Below are positions 23,870 through 37,100 of a stretch of DNA of 64,000 bases, piece after piece. Each line of letters opens with the position of its first letter. The stretch's first letter is position 1. The stretch is from NCBI GenBank assembly GCA_030704615.1, contig CM060731.1, positions 8,432,001 through 8,496,000 on the forward strand, written 5' to 3'. Source of the stretch: Takakia lepidozioides. Taxonomy: Eukaryota; Plantae; Bryophyta. The position numbers and the translations under genes are program-made. The notes beneath the pieces were generated by a model, which made no database searches, was not told the origin of the DNA, and was given only the letters and a program-made list of their open reading frames with translations.

Positions 23870-24607
23870 CACTGGTATTGGGGTTCAACCCGGGTATCAA
23901 TAATGGGTATCAACCTGGTATCGCAGAACCTACCAGTTGAGTAGGTTGTGGCGGTAATACTCGGGTCAACCCCAGTTCACACTAATATCACTCCAGGCTC
24001 TACCATGTTGATGCTCGAAACCGGCTTGCATTCTTCTTGCGATACCGGTATTGAGACACAGATTGGCCCAAAAAAATTGGTGAATCCTGGGTAGGGTTTT
24101 TCACATTATGAGGGATGGTGGTTGCTCCGTAGAAGATCAGATTTAGGCATTTGTACTAATCAGATTAGCATACTCTGGCTTTCTGCAACTACAACTTGGC
24201 ATATTTCTATGAATTCAAATTGTCTCTTTTCGGGACAATTTTCCAGCATTTTCTTGCATTCAAGCTTTGTATGTATGTTTTTGTTTGAATATTCAGGTTG
24301 TATGTTTGTGATTTGGCCAGTCATTCTCTATTGTGCGCTGCATGTTTCTGTTTTGGCTTGGCTTTCAGGTTGTGTATGATGGGTGCAAAAACTATTGATA
24401 CCCGGGTTGATATACCCCTGGTACTGCAAAAAATTACCCCAATCATTGATACCACTCACCCACCACTGCCAAAGCAAATACTTATACCAATATTGTATTT
24501 GAAAAGCCAGACCCTGCAATATTTAGGTTGATACCCTGATTCTAATTTCATAACAATGCAAGACCCAGACCCGACTGGTATATTAAATCAATACCAGTAC
24601 AACACTG
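23870..24607. mobile_element. hAT-like MITE
   Basis: Right end ...ATACCAGTACAACACTG; near-identical 8-bp flanks ATATATAC / ATATATGC; many GGTAT/ATACC subterminal motifs. Confidence 0.55.
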
Positions 24608-26943
24608 ATATATGCCTTTAATTGGAACACACATAAGAGTAGGCACTTATGCCATCCCATAAAAGTAAAGATGGACACTTTGCCGAACCAAGCGTCAATT
24701 ATGGTGTCGCTTGACCCCACAGGGCAACAAAACTCTCAAAGGGTCCAAAACATTTGCAAAAGATAGCACTCTACATATATATATATAACACAACTGGTGA
24801 CAGAGGCCCTAGAAGCTTTGGAATTAGAACCGAACACTATAAGGAACAAGCACACTGCCCAGCAAAGCCCAAGAACCGAGGGTGAGAAGGCAGAGACCGA
24901 AACAAACAACACAGGAACAGCCATGGACAAAACGGAGGAGTGAGCCCACAAGGGCGGCCAACTGCCAAAAGAAACACAGCCTCCACTTCAAAAAGTGACC
25001 AATTTTCCATCACTTTCCATCATTTGTCATTGACCATTTTCATCAATATGATGAACACAGTCAAAGAAATGGATGAAATAATCCTGTAGCGAAGTTTAGA
25101 GATGGAAAGAATTCAGTGCAACGTGGACAATGTCATCTAATGTCATCCAGTGGAAGGGGACCTATAGGCGCTTAATGTTAAACTTGCAAGCAGATCCAAG
25201 GTGGATCTTCCAAGCGCGAGGTAACTTATTTTATGTTTGCCAGGAGTGTCACGAGGGTAAAGTAAACTATTGATTTTGGAAATTTGGAGGGGTCCCCTAT
25301 CAGTGTCATGGTCAGTGACATGTCCACTGAAGTCCAGTGAATTGAACCTGTCCTGTCCCTTGTCACTTAGAGGGGACCCACCTATAATAGTGAAGGACAG
25401 GTTCAATTCACTGACTGGGAAAAGGGGATTTATTTTTGAGGGGTTGCTCTCGCCCACAGTGCCAGTACTATAGCATAGTATTTGAAGAATACAGAGAGCA
25501 CCTCTCTCCAGTGTTGTCTTTGTCAAATAAAGTAAAACTAGGGTAGCCTGTGCCGCTGGCCAAAGTGTCCAGTGTCATCTAAGTAGATTAAAGCACATTA
25601 TTATTGCAAGGCTACTTTTAAGATCTGATAGACATTGTTTTGAACTTCCCTTCTTTTGACATGTCATTTACTATGAATCAATCATTATGATTGGACCGCT
25701 ATTTTTCTTAAAGACAGTTTGATAAACATTTTGCCCTCATTTTGAAAGGCAAAATGGCTCGTGGAGACATCAAGGGCGTCAAATTAAAGTGTGGGAAGGG
25801 CTATAGTTGGGATTGCCCTTCAGACAGTGTCGGTTTCATTAGATGAGTGAATAGTGTTTGCATCTCTTATTTCTCTTCTTTTTGTAAATCAATTATTAGT
25901 CGAACTAGAGTACAAGTGTTGTTTTATTATATGTTGGCAAAGAATATGATTGGCACTTTGTTAGGCACTCTTATTTATGCAAGGCTATTTTTTGCATGTC
26001 CTTTAGTGTAAAAGGTGACCCAATAATGTGATTCTTCTTTTTGAATGGCTCTTTTTGGTCCCTATCAAACTAGATCAACCCCACTACCAATCAAAAGAAA
26101 GGGCTATGACATAGTCTCATAAATTGTTAGAGCAGCGTCACATACATGTGTGGAGCCAATACCCAAGATCATGATTCTTAGCTTATGATGGGAGCTATTC
26201 TTACGCTTCCCCTCCAATTTGAGTAGTTATGGACATGATAACACATTATTTCACCGGCAGAGTGTGTGCCCAAACTTCGGTTGGTAACCTCCTTTAAAAT
26301 GGGCATGACGAGCATATTTTGTTGAAAATTGAAATCAGCTACCCACATAATGATCACGGCTTGATGTAGTACTCTCCACAAAAGGTAGCGCCTCAAAAGG
26401 CTACTGCTTTCCAGTAGAAAGGTGAACACCTTTGTGACACCAATCCGTCGATTGAACCCACCACTTCCGAGGAGGTATGTGCCAATTACCACAAGGTTAG
26501 AATTTGATTGACAAATCAATTAACCCCTAAAGGACGAGAGGTGCTTCTGGGTTTTTGGACAATTCCGGGAATTTCCCAAAAATACCCTAAATTGCATTTG
26601 GGATGTGGGATTTTGTGAAATTTCCGGCCTCCTCCAGGTCAGGCAATCGGTGGCCGGAATTTCGCCTGAATCTAGCGACGTTTTCCGGGCCACGTCAAGG
26701 TTTCCCATTATTTGCCAGGGCCAGCTCATTCGAGCCGTCCCGATGTTCCTCGGCGTTTAGGGGAGGGCCTCACAAGCACCCGACTCTAACTGTCGGGGTT
26801 CCTTCTTTGTGAACTTGTCAACTACCACCAGACATGGGACAAGCCCGACAAGCAAGTTTACACACTGAACTGAGGGGGAGTCGAACCCCCTGATCTACCC
26901 TCATATGTAGAGAGTCCCCCCCCCCACACACACACCCACATGT

Positions 26944-28940
26944 TCATCGACCCCGGAGTTGATGTGCATCACGCAAACAATTGCCAAGACACATGAATGC
27001 ATCCTCGCATTGGGGACAGAAGTAGTGGGTACGCAGCCTGCGGCGGATGCACACACGACGAAGCAGGCTGTGCAAAGAGGAATGCCAGCGGGCAGGCTCT
27101 GTCGCCAACACGGATGCACGAACCGGACGCACATGCAGCCTGCCAGGAGCTGTAAGGGCGTGTGCCAAGGCCAACGAGAACTCCAGATGGGTCAGGGGAC
27201 GCAACCCCCTCGCTCTCATGTGATAGACATGCAAGATGTAAGAATTCACAATCGTGGTGTCCACAAGGAAAAAAAACATCTATGCCACCATTTATGAGTC
27301 TTCAGCTGCATGCTATATGCAGCTCGCATCTGGTCTTGTACATCTACACCACGCATGTAAGTTTGGTATTGAACATGCATTGGAACAGAAGGCACCTGTA
27401 CCCTAGCATTCCCCACAAACCTTCGCACCATCACAGGTGAATTCGGACCAGATGTTGGCCGAGATGCGGATGACACCATGAACACGCCTTTCTTATCCCA
27501 CCACAAACAAGCAACATCTTGTCGGCTGCGGTGCATACGCCACCATGTGTCCCCTTGCTTGGCAGTCTTGGACTTGGACAAGCGCGTCGAGGAAGGAGGC
27601 AATCCCTTTCTATTGACCCTGACAGTGCCAGTGGCCCATGTCCCAAGCAAAGCCATGTCATACAGCAACCTAGGTGATGTGAAGTAATTGTCAGTCACCA
27701 CCACATGGCCAAGTCCATGCAATGGAGACACTAAACTCCAAACCACATCATATCCTTCACCTTTGCTAGACTTCTTCCTGATGCCCTCGGGGCCCCCATT
27801 CTTGCCACAATAGACATCAAAATCATACACATAGCTACTGACTGCGTCTGCAAGGGCCTACACTTTGATGCCCCACTTGCATGGCTTTTTAGGCATATAC
27901 TGCCGTATAGCACAATACTTACCCTTGTACCTTATCATAATCTCGTCAACTGTCAACAATTTGTGCAAGTTCCAATGCCATTTGCAGGCACTGGCAATGT
28001 CTTCACATGCCCATCTCACTTTCCCAATTTTGTCAAACGCAGGACTGCTACGATCAGACACCAACGTCAGGTTATCCACCAAATGCAAGCAACGTAAGAT
28101 TGCTTCATAACGCTCTCTTGTCATGACCTTCCTGATGATAGGGCATGCAAAGAATACCTCACTCTGCTGCCAGTAGCAGCGGCTGTTTGGCAGCCTCTTT
28201 ATCCACATAAACAAACACAAACCAAGTCAGGCGAGTAGCTCTGGCACAACCAATGGCCTCCAAGAAGCACCACCTCGAGTTTCATACGTCATCCTCTCCG
28301 CCGCGTAACGATTGGTCTCTCGACAAATTCGCAGCAGGGTTGCTTGGGTCCAGAACAACTTGAAAAACAATTCCACAAGGGAACAATTCCCAAAAATCCG
28401 CTGCAACATGGGCTCACGTGGGGGACTAGAGAATTTTTCTTTATCACTGCAGAAGGTAGTTTCTCTGCACTCCCAACTTGCAGGAGCGAACAAAACTGCA
28501 AAAGCCTCTTCACTCACCTCGTCAACCTCCTCGGCAGGCCCATCACTCTCCCAGTCCTTTTCCTCACACGAATTGCCCTCATATCCCTCCATAAGCCCCA
28601 TCTCCACATCCCCATTTCCACGATCCAACAAGTCTAAACCACTAGCATCCAAATTGGGCCCCGCATGGGAAGAGCCCTGCAAATTGAAAGACAACACATG
28701 CAGAGGAGACCTGTAGGGGTTAGCGGGAGGCGCACAGTCACTCGCAGTGAATTGCATTTGTGCGCTACCGCCCACTGTGCACCCCGCATCACTCCTTCTT
28801 TTCACAGTTCTTCTCCTCACAGGTGGTCGATGAGGAGGCGAATTCTCCTTGCCTGCAGGCCTTTCCCGCTTCTGGCGCGCTACATCCCTCATTTGTTTGA
28901 CTGTCCTCATCTGGCCAGACATCCTCTCTAAGCACAACAT
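26944..28940 (-). pseudogene. piggyBac transposase
   Basis: ETNRYA, LTVDEIMI, YMPKKPCKWGIKV, VVTDNYFTS, YMRGVDVQDQ, KWWHR, C-terminal Cys-rich domain. Two in-frame stops at likely Trp codons (28227, 27858) and one frameshift in the A-run near 27270. Confidence 0.93.
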
Positions 28941-29255
28941 TCATAGCCTCACTAAAGCCCCTTTTGTCACCTTCCTCCCTTCTCTCTTTCCACCCCAAAA
29001 TCAAATTAACATGCCTTCTAAATGCAAAGTGAAAATTCACAGGACGAGGGTGCTTCGGCCACGCTGCGCGCACGGAGGCAGAGGCAAAGAAAGCAAGTAC
29101 TCCTCACATAGCAAACCCAAAATCTCCCTCAATTGCCCCTCCGTACAGTGCTGCTCAATCAACGCCCACTGAGTGACCACCTCAATAGCCCTCTTATACT
29201 GCAGCGGAGGTGTTGGTGGCTCCAAGGCATCACACACCTTGCGCTTGTGACCCAT
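28900..29255 (-). pseudogene. Conserved ~120-aa accessory/N-terminal domain of the piggyBac family
   Basis: MGHKRKVCDALEPP...EYLLSLPLPP / WPKHPRPVNFHFAFRRHVNLILGWK...RGFSEAMNVVLREDVWPD; homologous peptide at 56412-56765. Confidence 0.75.
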
Positions 29256-29364
29256 AGCATCCTGCGCCCAGACCCTATAAACCCACCTAAGTACGAGCAA
29301 TGCAAATGAGGAGACACAGAATGCAGAAATGACACCAACGGCCGCCAAGGCATAGCGCTGCAAC

Positions 29365-29662
29365 ACCCTAAACGAATGCACTAAAGCTCATTCAACAGAG
29401 GCGACAGTAATATCCCAAGACACAAAGAAGCAACAAGCTAAGGGCACTTAGCATAAATGAGAGAGCCATGTGCACTGCCTCCCCCCAGCCTACGAATTCA
29501 TGAATGCGCATCAGCGCCCTAAACGAACGCACTGAAGGACATTCAACAGAGGCGGCAAAGCATATCAGAGAACACAGACAAGCAACAAGCTAAGGGGACT
29601 TAGCTTCAATGACAGAGCCTGTAGAATGCCTCTCCCCAGCCTGCGAATTCATGAATGCGCAG
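29365..29662. repeat. Two ~150-bp tandem repeats in the piggyBac 5' region
   Basis: CCCTAAACGAA...CATTCAACAGAGGCG...AGCAACAAGCTAAGGG...GAATTCATGAATGCGCA occurs twice. Confidence 0.8.
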
Positions 29663-31632
29663 ACGCGCCACCCGCCTCTAACCCTCAGCAATTGTGGGTT
29701 GGATACCCAGGCAACCAGAAATCAACAAGGCCTTGTGCCAACGCAAAATGCTGTCGAACACAAACACAAGCCACAAAATGCATGCGGGATGGAGTTGGCG
29801 GGGAGCTGTGAAGAAGAAGGTCGAGCTGCCAAAATGCGCGCAAAAGACGGGCCGGGCGGGGGGTGCACAAAGGGCCGGGCGGTGCCATCATGGCGGGTGC
29901 CCATGCACCCCATGCCTCATCACCCCTGCTTGCCCCCCGCCACAAAATCCCACCTGCGTGGCCGCTGCCACCTGCCATGTCGACGGTCAACTGCCGTGGC
30001 CCCCCCCCACCCAAAATCCTGCAATTTCCAAACTTCAAAAAATTCCTGACGACAGAGTTTTTCTCTGTTGGGGGCGCCATAAAGACTTGCATGTGCACCT
30101 CGTTCCGCGCTACATTTTTTGTTCAAGCCGCTTGTTCATCGGACTTCATCTGTGCATGCTACGGATGGATGAAAAATTGGGCCAACCCAATTCGGGTCGG
30201 CTCGTCGTTTAGGGGTTAATACAATCAATGCAACTAAAGCCACTATGGACATGGTGGAATCCATTCTACAAGCAACAACCATCTCAAAACAATATAGAAT
30301 GGTAGCCAACGATTCAAGAGTTCCAAAATACTAATTTGTTCATCCATGACTTGTTAAGATGAGACTACATGGAAACATGTCTACTTATTGGATTGCAAAC
30401 TACAATGTGGAAAAACAAGTGGTTGTAGTTACAAATCAGAGGCTTGCAACCAATAAATAGAGAGATTGAACAATATAAGCAAATATGCGTTGGCGACGTG
30501 ACCTACTTCCTACTAGTACCCCTTTGTTTCGTGATACGTGAAGGGGAATAATAATGGGAGGCACTTACTACTGCATATTCATCAAAAGGTATGTTGTTTG
30601 ATGTTGTTGTATCCTAAATGTTTATATAATTAATGTTAATGTTAATGTTTTGTAGGCTAAAGTGGCCCTTTACAACAAGGGTTCCACAGCTATTTTGCAG
30701 TGTATAATTGTTTTTCCAAACTATCTACCTTACATTGTACAAAGGAACGATCTTGGACATCTTGTCATGTAAATCCTTGCTTATTATGAAGGGTTAATTG
30801 ATTTTTCCTGGCTTAATTGTTATCATTAATGTTGTGTGGATATTCGTGACTTACACGTGTTGATGTAGTGGAGCATCTTGTAGTGGATGTTGGAGAAAGA
30901 ATTACTGAACCAAACCCGCCCAGCTTATTACGGAGAGTCATGTTATCCTCTAGGCATGTGCAACACCAAAAATATTGGTTTGTCAATATTGATGTGTAAA
31001 TGTCTTGGTAGGCGGAAAAGCAATGATGGCCAACCAGCAACGTCAAAGTCAAGGTGAAAGTGTTTGATGTAGGTATCTTGAAAAATATGCAAGATGGAAA
31101 TTACTAGATGACTATTACCCATCTGAAGATTTGGACCATGTATAACAAGAATCCTTTAAAGAAACTTATAGTTGTGTTATTACATTTTAAATACAAGTGC
31201 ACTTGTTTCAATGCCATTTGCATAGAAAAGAGACCGTCAAAATCTAGCTGTATGGCTTGAACATTCTTATAAATAACATGTTGGCCATGTACTACGTCGT
31301 GTAGGCTATCTTGAGGTTTATTTAATTTGAGGAGTAAAATCAGATTATGTCGTGACATTCGTGCCTTAGCTGAGCACATCATCTAAAATACTTTGATCTA
31401 TAATAACAACAACAAATGTAAATTACATTGGGATAGTCAAACAAGAATAATATGTAACTAAATAACTAGGTTTCAAAAACAACAAAACCCAAGTTGGGAG
31501 ATCTTCTTTCTATGCAGGAAAAATAAAAATAAAAAATCTTATTGATGTAGTATCTTTTTGGGTTACTTTTTGAGAATTAATTAGATTTATCATACAGCTT
31601 TGTCATCAACGATGTTGAAAGTATGACATATA

Positions 31633-31890
31633 CTACGGGGCATTTAGAAGTTTTGATCTCAAACACATCTTCCATGTAGGCAAGAGTTTGGGTGATGCGT
31701 GGAAGACTAATACTGTGCAAGCAAGGCCATCGTCAACAAAGAGTGTAAGAAGTAGGGCATGTGCTCGACTACTGAAATAGACACAATGGTCAGCTGTATA
31801 GGCCGGTAAGTGATGATGAATGAGAAAATCATTGAACCGCTGGTTCCACACTCGAGAAGCTTGTTTGAGCCCATAGATAGACTTTTGAAA
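31633..31890 (-). mobile_element. Ty1/copia reverse transcriptase fragment
   Basis: KSIYGLKQASRVWNQRF...DHCVY...LLLTLFVDDGL. Confidence 0.9.
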
Positions 31891-31959
31891 ATGTTGTGAG
31901 GAAACATACTCGGATACCTAAGTGTTATGTTGGTTTGCACATTACATGTAATCGATGTC

Positions 31960-32370
31960 ATCACTTACTTTACATTCACCAACAATAGTATATTAAACAT
32001 ACTCTTAGGAAATTTGGTTATGAAGATGTCAACATTGTGGCAGTGTCTGTTGATCCCAATGTTCGGATCAGTTCTATCATGCCTGATGATGAAGCTGATA
32101 TCCATTTTCCATATTCAATGATTGTTGGCAGTTTGGTATTTGTGAGTCTTGAAATATGACCAGATATCTCATACGTCGTATCTCAAGCTACAAAATTTTC
32201 TGCACAACCTACTCGGACTCATTGTCTTGCAATAAAGCGCATCCTCAAATATTTGAAGGGCATCTCAGATCTCGCTATCTGTTATGGCGACCCAGCTCCT
32301 TCCAATGTTCTCATAGCCTACTATGATGCTGACTACGTAGCATATTTGGATGATCACAAGTCTCGGTTGT
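31960..32370 (+). mobile_element. Ty1/copia RT-RNase H junction fragment, opposite orientation to the preceding piece
   Basis: IHQQ*YI...FPYSMIVGSL...PDISYVVSQ...AIKRILKYLKG...AYYDADY. Confidence 0.85.
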
Positions 32371-33784
32371 CATCATTTTTAGGCTTGACTGGCTTGACTT
32401 GGCACATGAGATTGAGATTGTGAAGATGGCAGAGGAGACGGCACTGGTGTTTCCTTCTTGTCCTCTCCGGGTGACCAATGAGGCGTTTATTGACCTTGGG
32501 GTTAACGAGAGCTTGTCCCCGTATGAGGCAAGGTAGAAACTTCAGTTTTGTGATCATATAAACGAGGGGTTTACCCTCATGAGCTACTGACGGGTAGTAG
32601 ATGATGATACCGGTTCAGGCGGTACAAGTTTGTTTGCAAGGCAAGAGTTAGCCTCCTAGAGGCCTTGATGAAGTAGCATGTGCAAGTGAATAGGGAGTAG
32701 GCAACTAAGATAAAGGAGCATGCGCAAGTGAATAGGGAGCCGGCAACCAAGATGAAGGAGTAGACATGTATCAACAAGGAATTGATGACCAAGGTGGCGG
32801 AGGTCAATGGGTGGGTTGACATCCTTGAAGGTCGACATCCTCCTTCCAACTACCTTCATTCCCTCTCCCTTCTTCCCACTGTTGTAAGGTACTTTGCTAA
32901 AGTGGAGTTTTGATTTTTGCAGGAAATTACATCACCTTTGCTAGCCGCCTATGATACGATCCGTATCATGGTTGAGGGGCTAGACAAAGTGACCCACAAC
33001 CTTCTCACAAAATATGAAAAACACTACAAGACAGTTGTAGCCTTTTGGAAGGTGGAGAACCACTTGGTGAAGCCATGATCGTATGCAACTGTGCACACAT
33101 TCTATGAGACAATTGTTGGGGACGCGAAAGTTGAAGTGAAGGGATTGTTACATGATAATATCCATTTAGAGGTATTTCACAGTTGTTCAATATATATTTT
33201 TGTCACAACCTGTTATTCTATTATGTCCCTCTCTCATTGAAAGTATACATGTATCTCTTGTTATGGCTATGCATTATTTTTGAATAATGGACCTATTGCT
33301 TGCAGGGATAACAGAACACAACAATACACATCTGGTTCATCCCAATGTATTCAGTTTGGACATCAAGGATCCTGGCAATGATACTTATATGCCAATCACG
33401 GTCATTCGGATAGTGTTCCCAGTGGATTTACTTAGTCCATGCGATGAAGCAATGGTTTCCATTACATATAAAAGCATTTGATTGGACATAAATTCCCATT
33501 GCGTGCCTGAAATAGCCTTCTCAAATGCCAGCGTTCATTCCACTCTGTTTGATCTCATCTGTAACTTTCTATTCCTTGGAATTGTCATCCCTCACCACCA
33601 ACATGAACGCTCCCAAGGACTCTATGTATCCATCATAGAAATAGTTTTTTTCAGATAATTGATGCTGATTCTCTAAGGTTCGCGGACTGCTGGTAGAGAC
33701 CGCACCTTACAAAGAGGAACCTAGTCATAATATTCGACACTCACACTCAGTGAACCAGTGAGCATTGTAGCATCTTGCTACAAA

Positions 33785-34130
33785 TCAACAAAACCTCCCA
33801 CTCATGATCACGGGAACTGAAGTAAGTCCCAAAAATCCTCGAAGACGTTGGAATTTCTCGGCAGGTAATCCTTTAGTGAAAATATCGATGATTTGGTCAC
33901 GAGTAGATACGTAGGAGATGTGAATCTCGCATTTTTTCACAAACAGTGTGAAACTGAATGTCAATGTGCTTGGTTCGTTTTGAAAACTCGGGGTCATATA
34001 CGAGCAAGTCTGATACAACTTTGATTGTCAGAAAGAAGCAAAGTCGGCATGGTCTGGGGATAACCAATTCATCCACGAAGACGACGGTGCCAAACAATTT
34101 CCTTAGTTGCAACGAAACTGGCAATGACAA
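33785..34130 (-). mobile_element. Ty1/copia RNase H end with PPT and LTR start
   Basis: KRTKHIDIQFH...YVSTRDQIIDIFTKGL...F..LR..LG, then ATGAGTGGGAGG and TGTTG at 33790 on the minus strand. Confidence 0.85.
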
Positions 34131-37100
34131 CTATGGAGCGTATGAACACATAACATTCTAACCCTACTTAGTTTGGCTTCATCTCTAGCATTCTCATATC
34201 ATTTTAGTTCATTCGAGATGCATTAAGCATCTTTTAGCTTACGAAACAATATCAATGATCTGGATCGGGATAAAAAATGGGATATGTGACCATCTTTCGC
34301 ATATAAAACTCTAACTGAGCATAGTTAAATGCCTCCATTATTTCCACTTAATTTCGGATCATACTAAACTATTGCGTTTAAATGCCCTCCTCATTTGCTG
34401 CAGTGCCATATCATAAGCTCACGTGACCTTGTGCATGAGCTTTATTTTTTCCGGAAAACTGCTCTCACAAATGTTGAAGAGTATGGGTCTGTTTTACTAT
34501 TAAAAGACTACAGGAAAAGTGTAACCAAAGCAAAAGGGTGGAACAACTTGATCCAGAATGCCTTGGCAGAGCCCTTTGGAGCAACATTACTTACAAGGAA
34601 TCTCATCCCACTGATTGTACTTCCTATGCTAAGGATGCCGTGGAAGAAGTTGCAAGGCGTTTGATCTTGAGTAGGGTGGCAAAGATGTCAAGTGTATGCG
34701 ACCCAGCGTTGGGAGGGGGATACACGAACGAAAATTGAACAAGCATTTGAAGCATCAAGAATCATGTCGAAGACTCTATCATAGCTAGAGAAATAAATCA
34801 ATGATGTTGGGCGAGTAATTTTTATGTGTTATACATGATAAAATGGATCTTTTCAATACCACCCTATCAAGACTTGAAGTAACTTAGATTGACTTTAGGA
34901 CTACGAGAGGTGTATTGAGGTACTATGACTTGTGTGGTCCCGCGGGATACTTTGACGATTAATGCAATGATTTTATGGAGATAATGACTACATGTCTTTA
35001 ATCACGTAGTTATATTTGGCTGCTATGACTCTATAAAGCTGAGCTCTCTTATGAATATAAGGTAGATGGCTTCTAACAAAAATAAAATAATGTTATTAGT
35101 AGTAGCTTGAAGAATGTAATCATGGCATGAAAAGTGCTAAGTGGTCTTAAGTGGTCTCTTGATTTTTGCCTAACTATCATTTTACCAACTTACTAGGGTG
35201 GGGCTTAAGTTTGTCTTCTCTTGTGTATGATGTATTTGACATGCTTGAAGATTTATACATTCAAACATGAGTAGACAAAAAAACTTGTCTTTTAAAATAT
35301 ACATGAATATCAATTGAATAGCACAATGCTTGGGTGTAAGCTTGGCGTCCCAGTTTTGATTGCAGGGAAGTCATGTTTTTGCTAGAATGAAGTATATCTT
35401 TAGATATCAATGATAGTAATATGTTTGGAGAAATTATGATCAAAGAAAAATTAGATTGTACAAACCTTTATATTTTGCACTAATAATCTCAGAGATGAGA
35501 CTCAAACAAGATTTATGAAATACTAAATTCGCAGCGGCACACGAAGCTTAAATTTGGATACTTGAAATTAAGTGGTGTTGTGCATGTGCACATTGTTGGC
35601 ACTATTTGAATCTGAGGGGGAAAATTTAAATGTGGTGAGAGGCTTGAATGACTAGTGTACCCAAAGGTGGAACATTTTAGGGTAGTCCAAATGAGTTTGT
35701 GCATGAAAATATTGGTGAATGAATTGATGAGATATATCCTCATGTAGCTCATTTCGACCTCCAATTAAGGACCACAAACCACCATATGGAGCATCCTGAC
35801 CTCAACCACTTCCACCTTCTTAGGGATGTTCTCCCTTGACTTCTTTGAGATCCCAAGAGATCCACAAAAAAGACGATAACAACAGTGATGGTAAGCCGGA
35901 ACAAATTTGTCAATTTCGAGGGCTTCAAAGCCATCTTCAAATGCACGAAGAACAACAAATAAATCCTAGAGCTAGTTGTCACGAAATTAGGAGAGAAGTC
36001 TTGGAGGATTTTCATGAAGCGCCAAAAGCTTTGCACCCTCGGTCTTGGTGCATGGAGGTTCTACAGTTTATTCACGAATCTATTATGAATGAAATGCCCA
36101 TACATGCCCATGTTCTACATGTCAATGAACTGTTGTTTATTAAAAGTTGGAAAATTCTTAGCATTACTTTTAAACATAATTACTTACAAAATAACTTACA
36201 AAATAATTAGTAGAGATAGACTAATGTATTTGAGAATAACTAATCTTATTGATTATATAATTGTGTATAAGACTCCAAATTGTGACATGATTTGAGATAC
36301 TTAGAGCAAATGTAAAGATCAATTAAACACCATAAAATGCTACAGTCGGAAAGGAAAACAAAAACAAAATAAAAAAGATGACATCCAATGCGATCAACTC
36401 TAAAAGATTTCCAGGGCCTCTATCCACTGTTAAAAACAAAAGGAAAAAAAACGGCAAACGTTTGGTGCCTGCAGGATGCACACTTGAATGGTCGTGCTAG
36501 TTACAGATATAATTTCACATAATGTACTAATTCTAATTTGGTGGCTCTGTAATGGGTATCTTCCCAAATTCAAAACAATTTAAGAAAAAGTGTGAATTGC
36601 AAATAAAATACAGGTTGGGTTGGGGTGACTCTAAAAGTTACTGTGGCAACCAACATGATGATTTGGGCTCTGTCCCCTTTTAGAAAAACAAAACAAGAAA
36701 GACAAAAAAACATAATTGGTCTTCCTAAATTAGTATCTAAATTGGGGACTAACATAAAAAAGTAGTGGTCACTTGAAAACACATTTATTTGCAGGTGAAG
36801 TGAATAAATATCTATACCATAATTATATAGGTCAGATATGATCCTCTACAATTATTGTAATGGGGTTTTGAGGATGTGGGTGCCCCTGGGCCATGGCCAG
36901 CATTTTACTACCAATCGGCATGATGGTAATTGTAATAAGTTAAAAATAACTACCCTAATATAAGATAGAGAATCTAAGATCTTTAAAAAAAAAAAAAATC
37001 TAAGATAGAGATAGGAAATGATAAAATGCCAAAGGGAATGCTTGTTTTTTCAAAAACCACTTGTAGTCAAGTAAGTTGGCATCTTTGATGATGTTTCCAG

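Larger units (their letters stand above)
26524..30215 (-). mobile_element. Nearly full-length piggyBac DNA transposon (3692 bp)
   Basis: TTAA TSD at 26520-26523 and 30216-30219; TIRs CCCCTAAAGGACGAG / CTCGTCGTTTAGGGG (one mismatch); internal transposase. Confidence 0.95.

Noticed and set aside
29609-30219. Multiple overlapping ORFs at the piggyBac 5' end
   Set aside because: GC-rich subterminal sequence open in many frames; I see no peptide conservation with the 55.6-kb copy.
34395-36210. Short ORFs possibly from decayed genes or TEs
   Set aside because: I could not assign any family from motifs.
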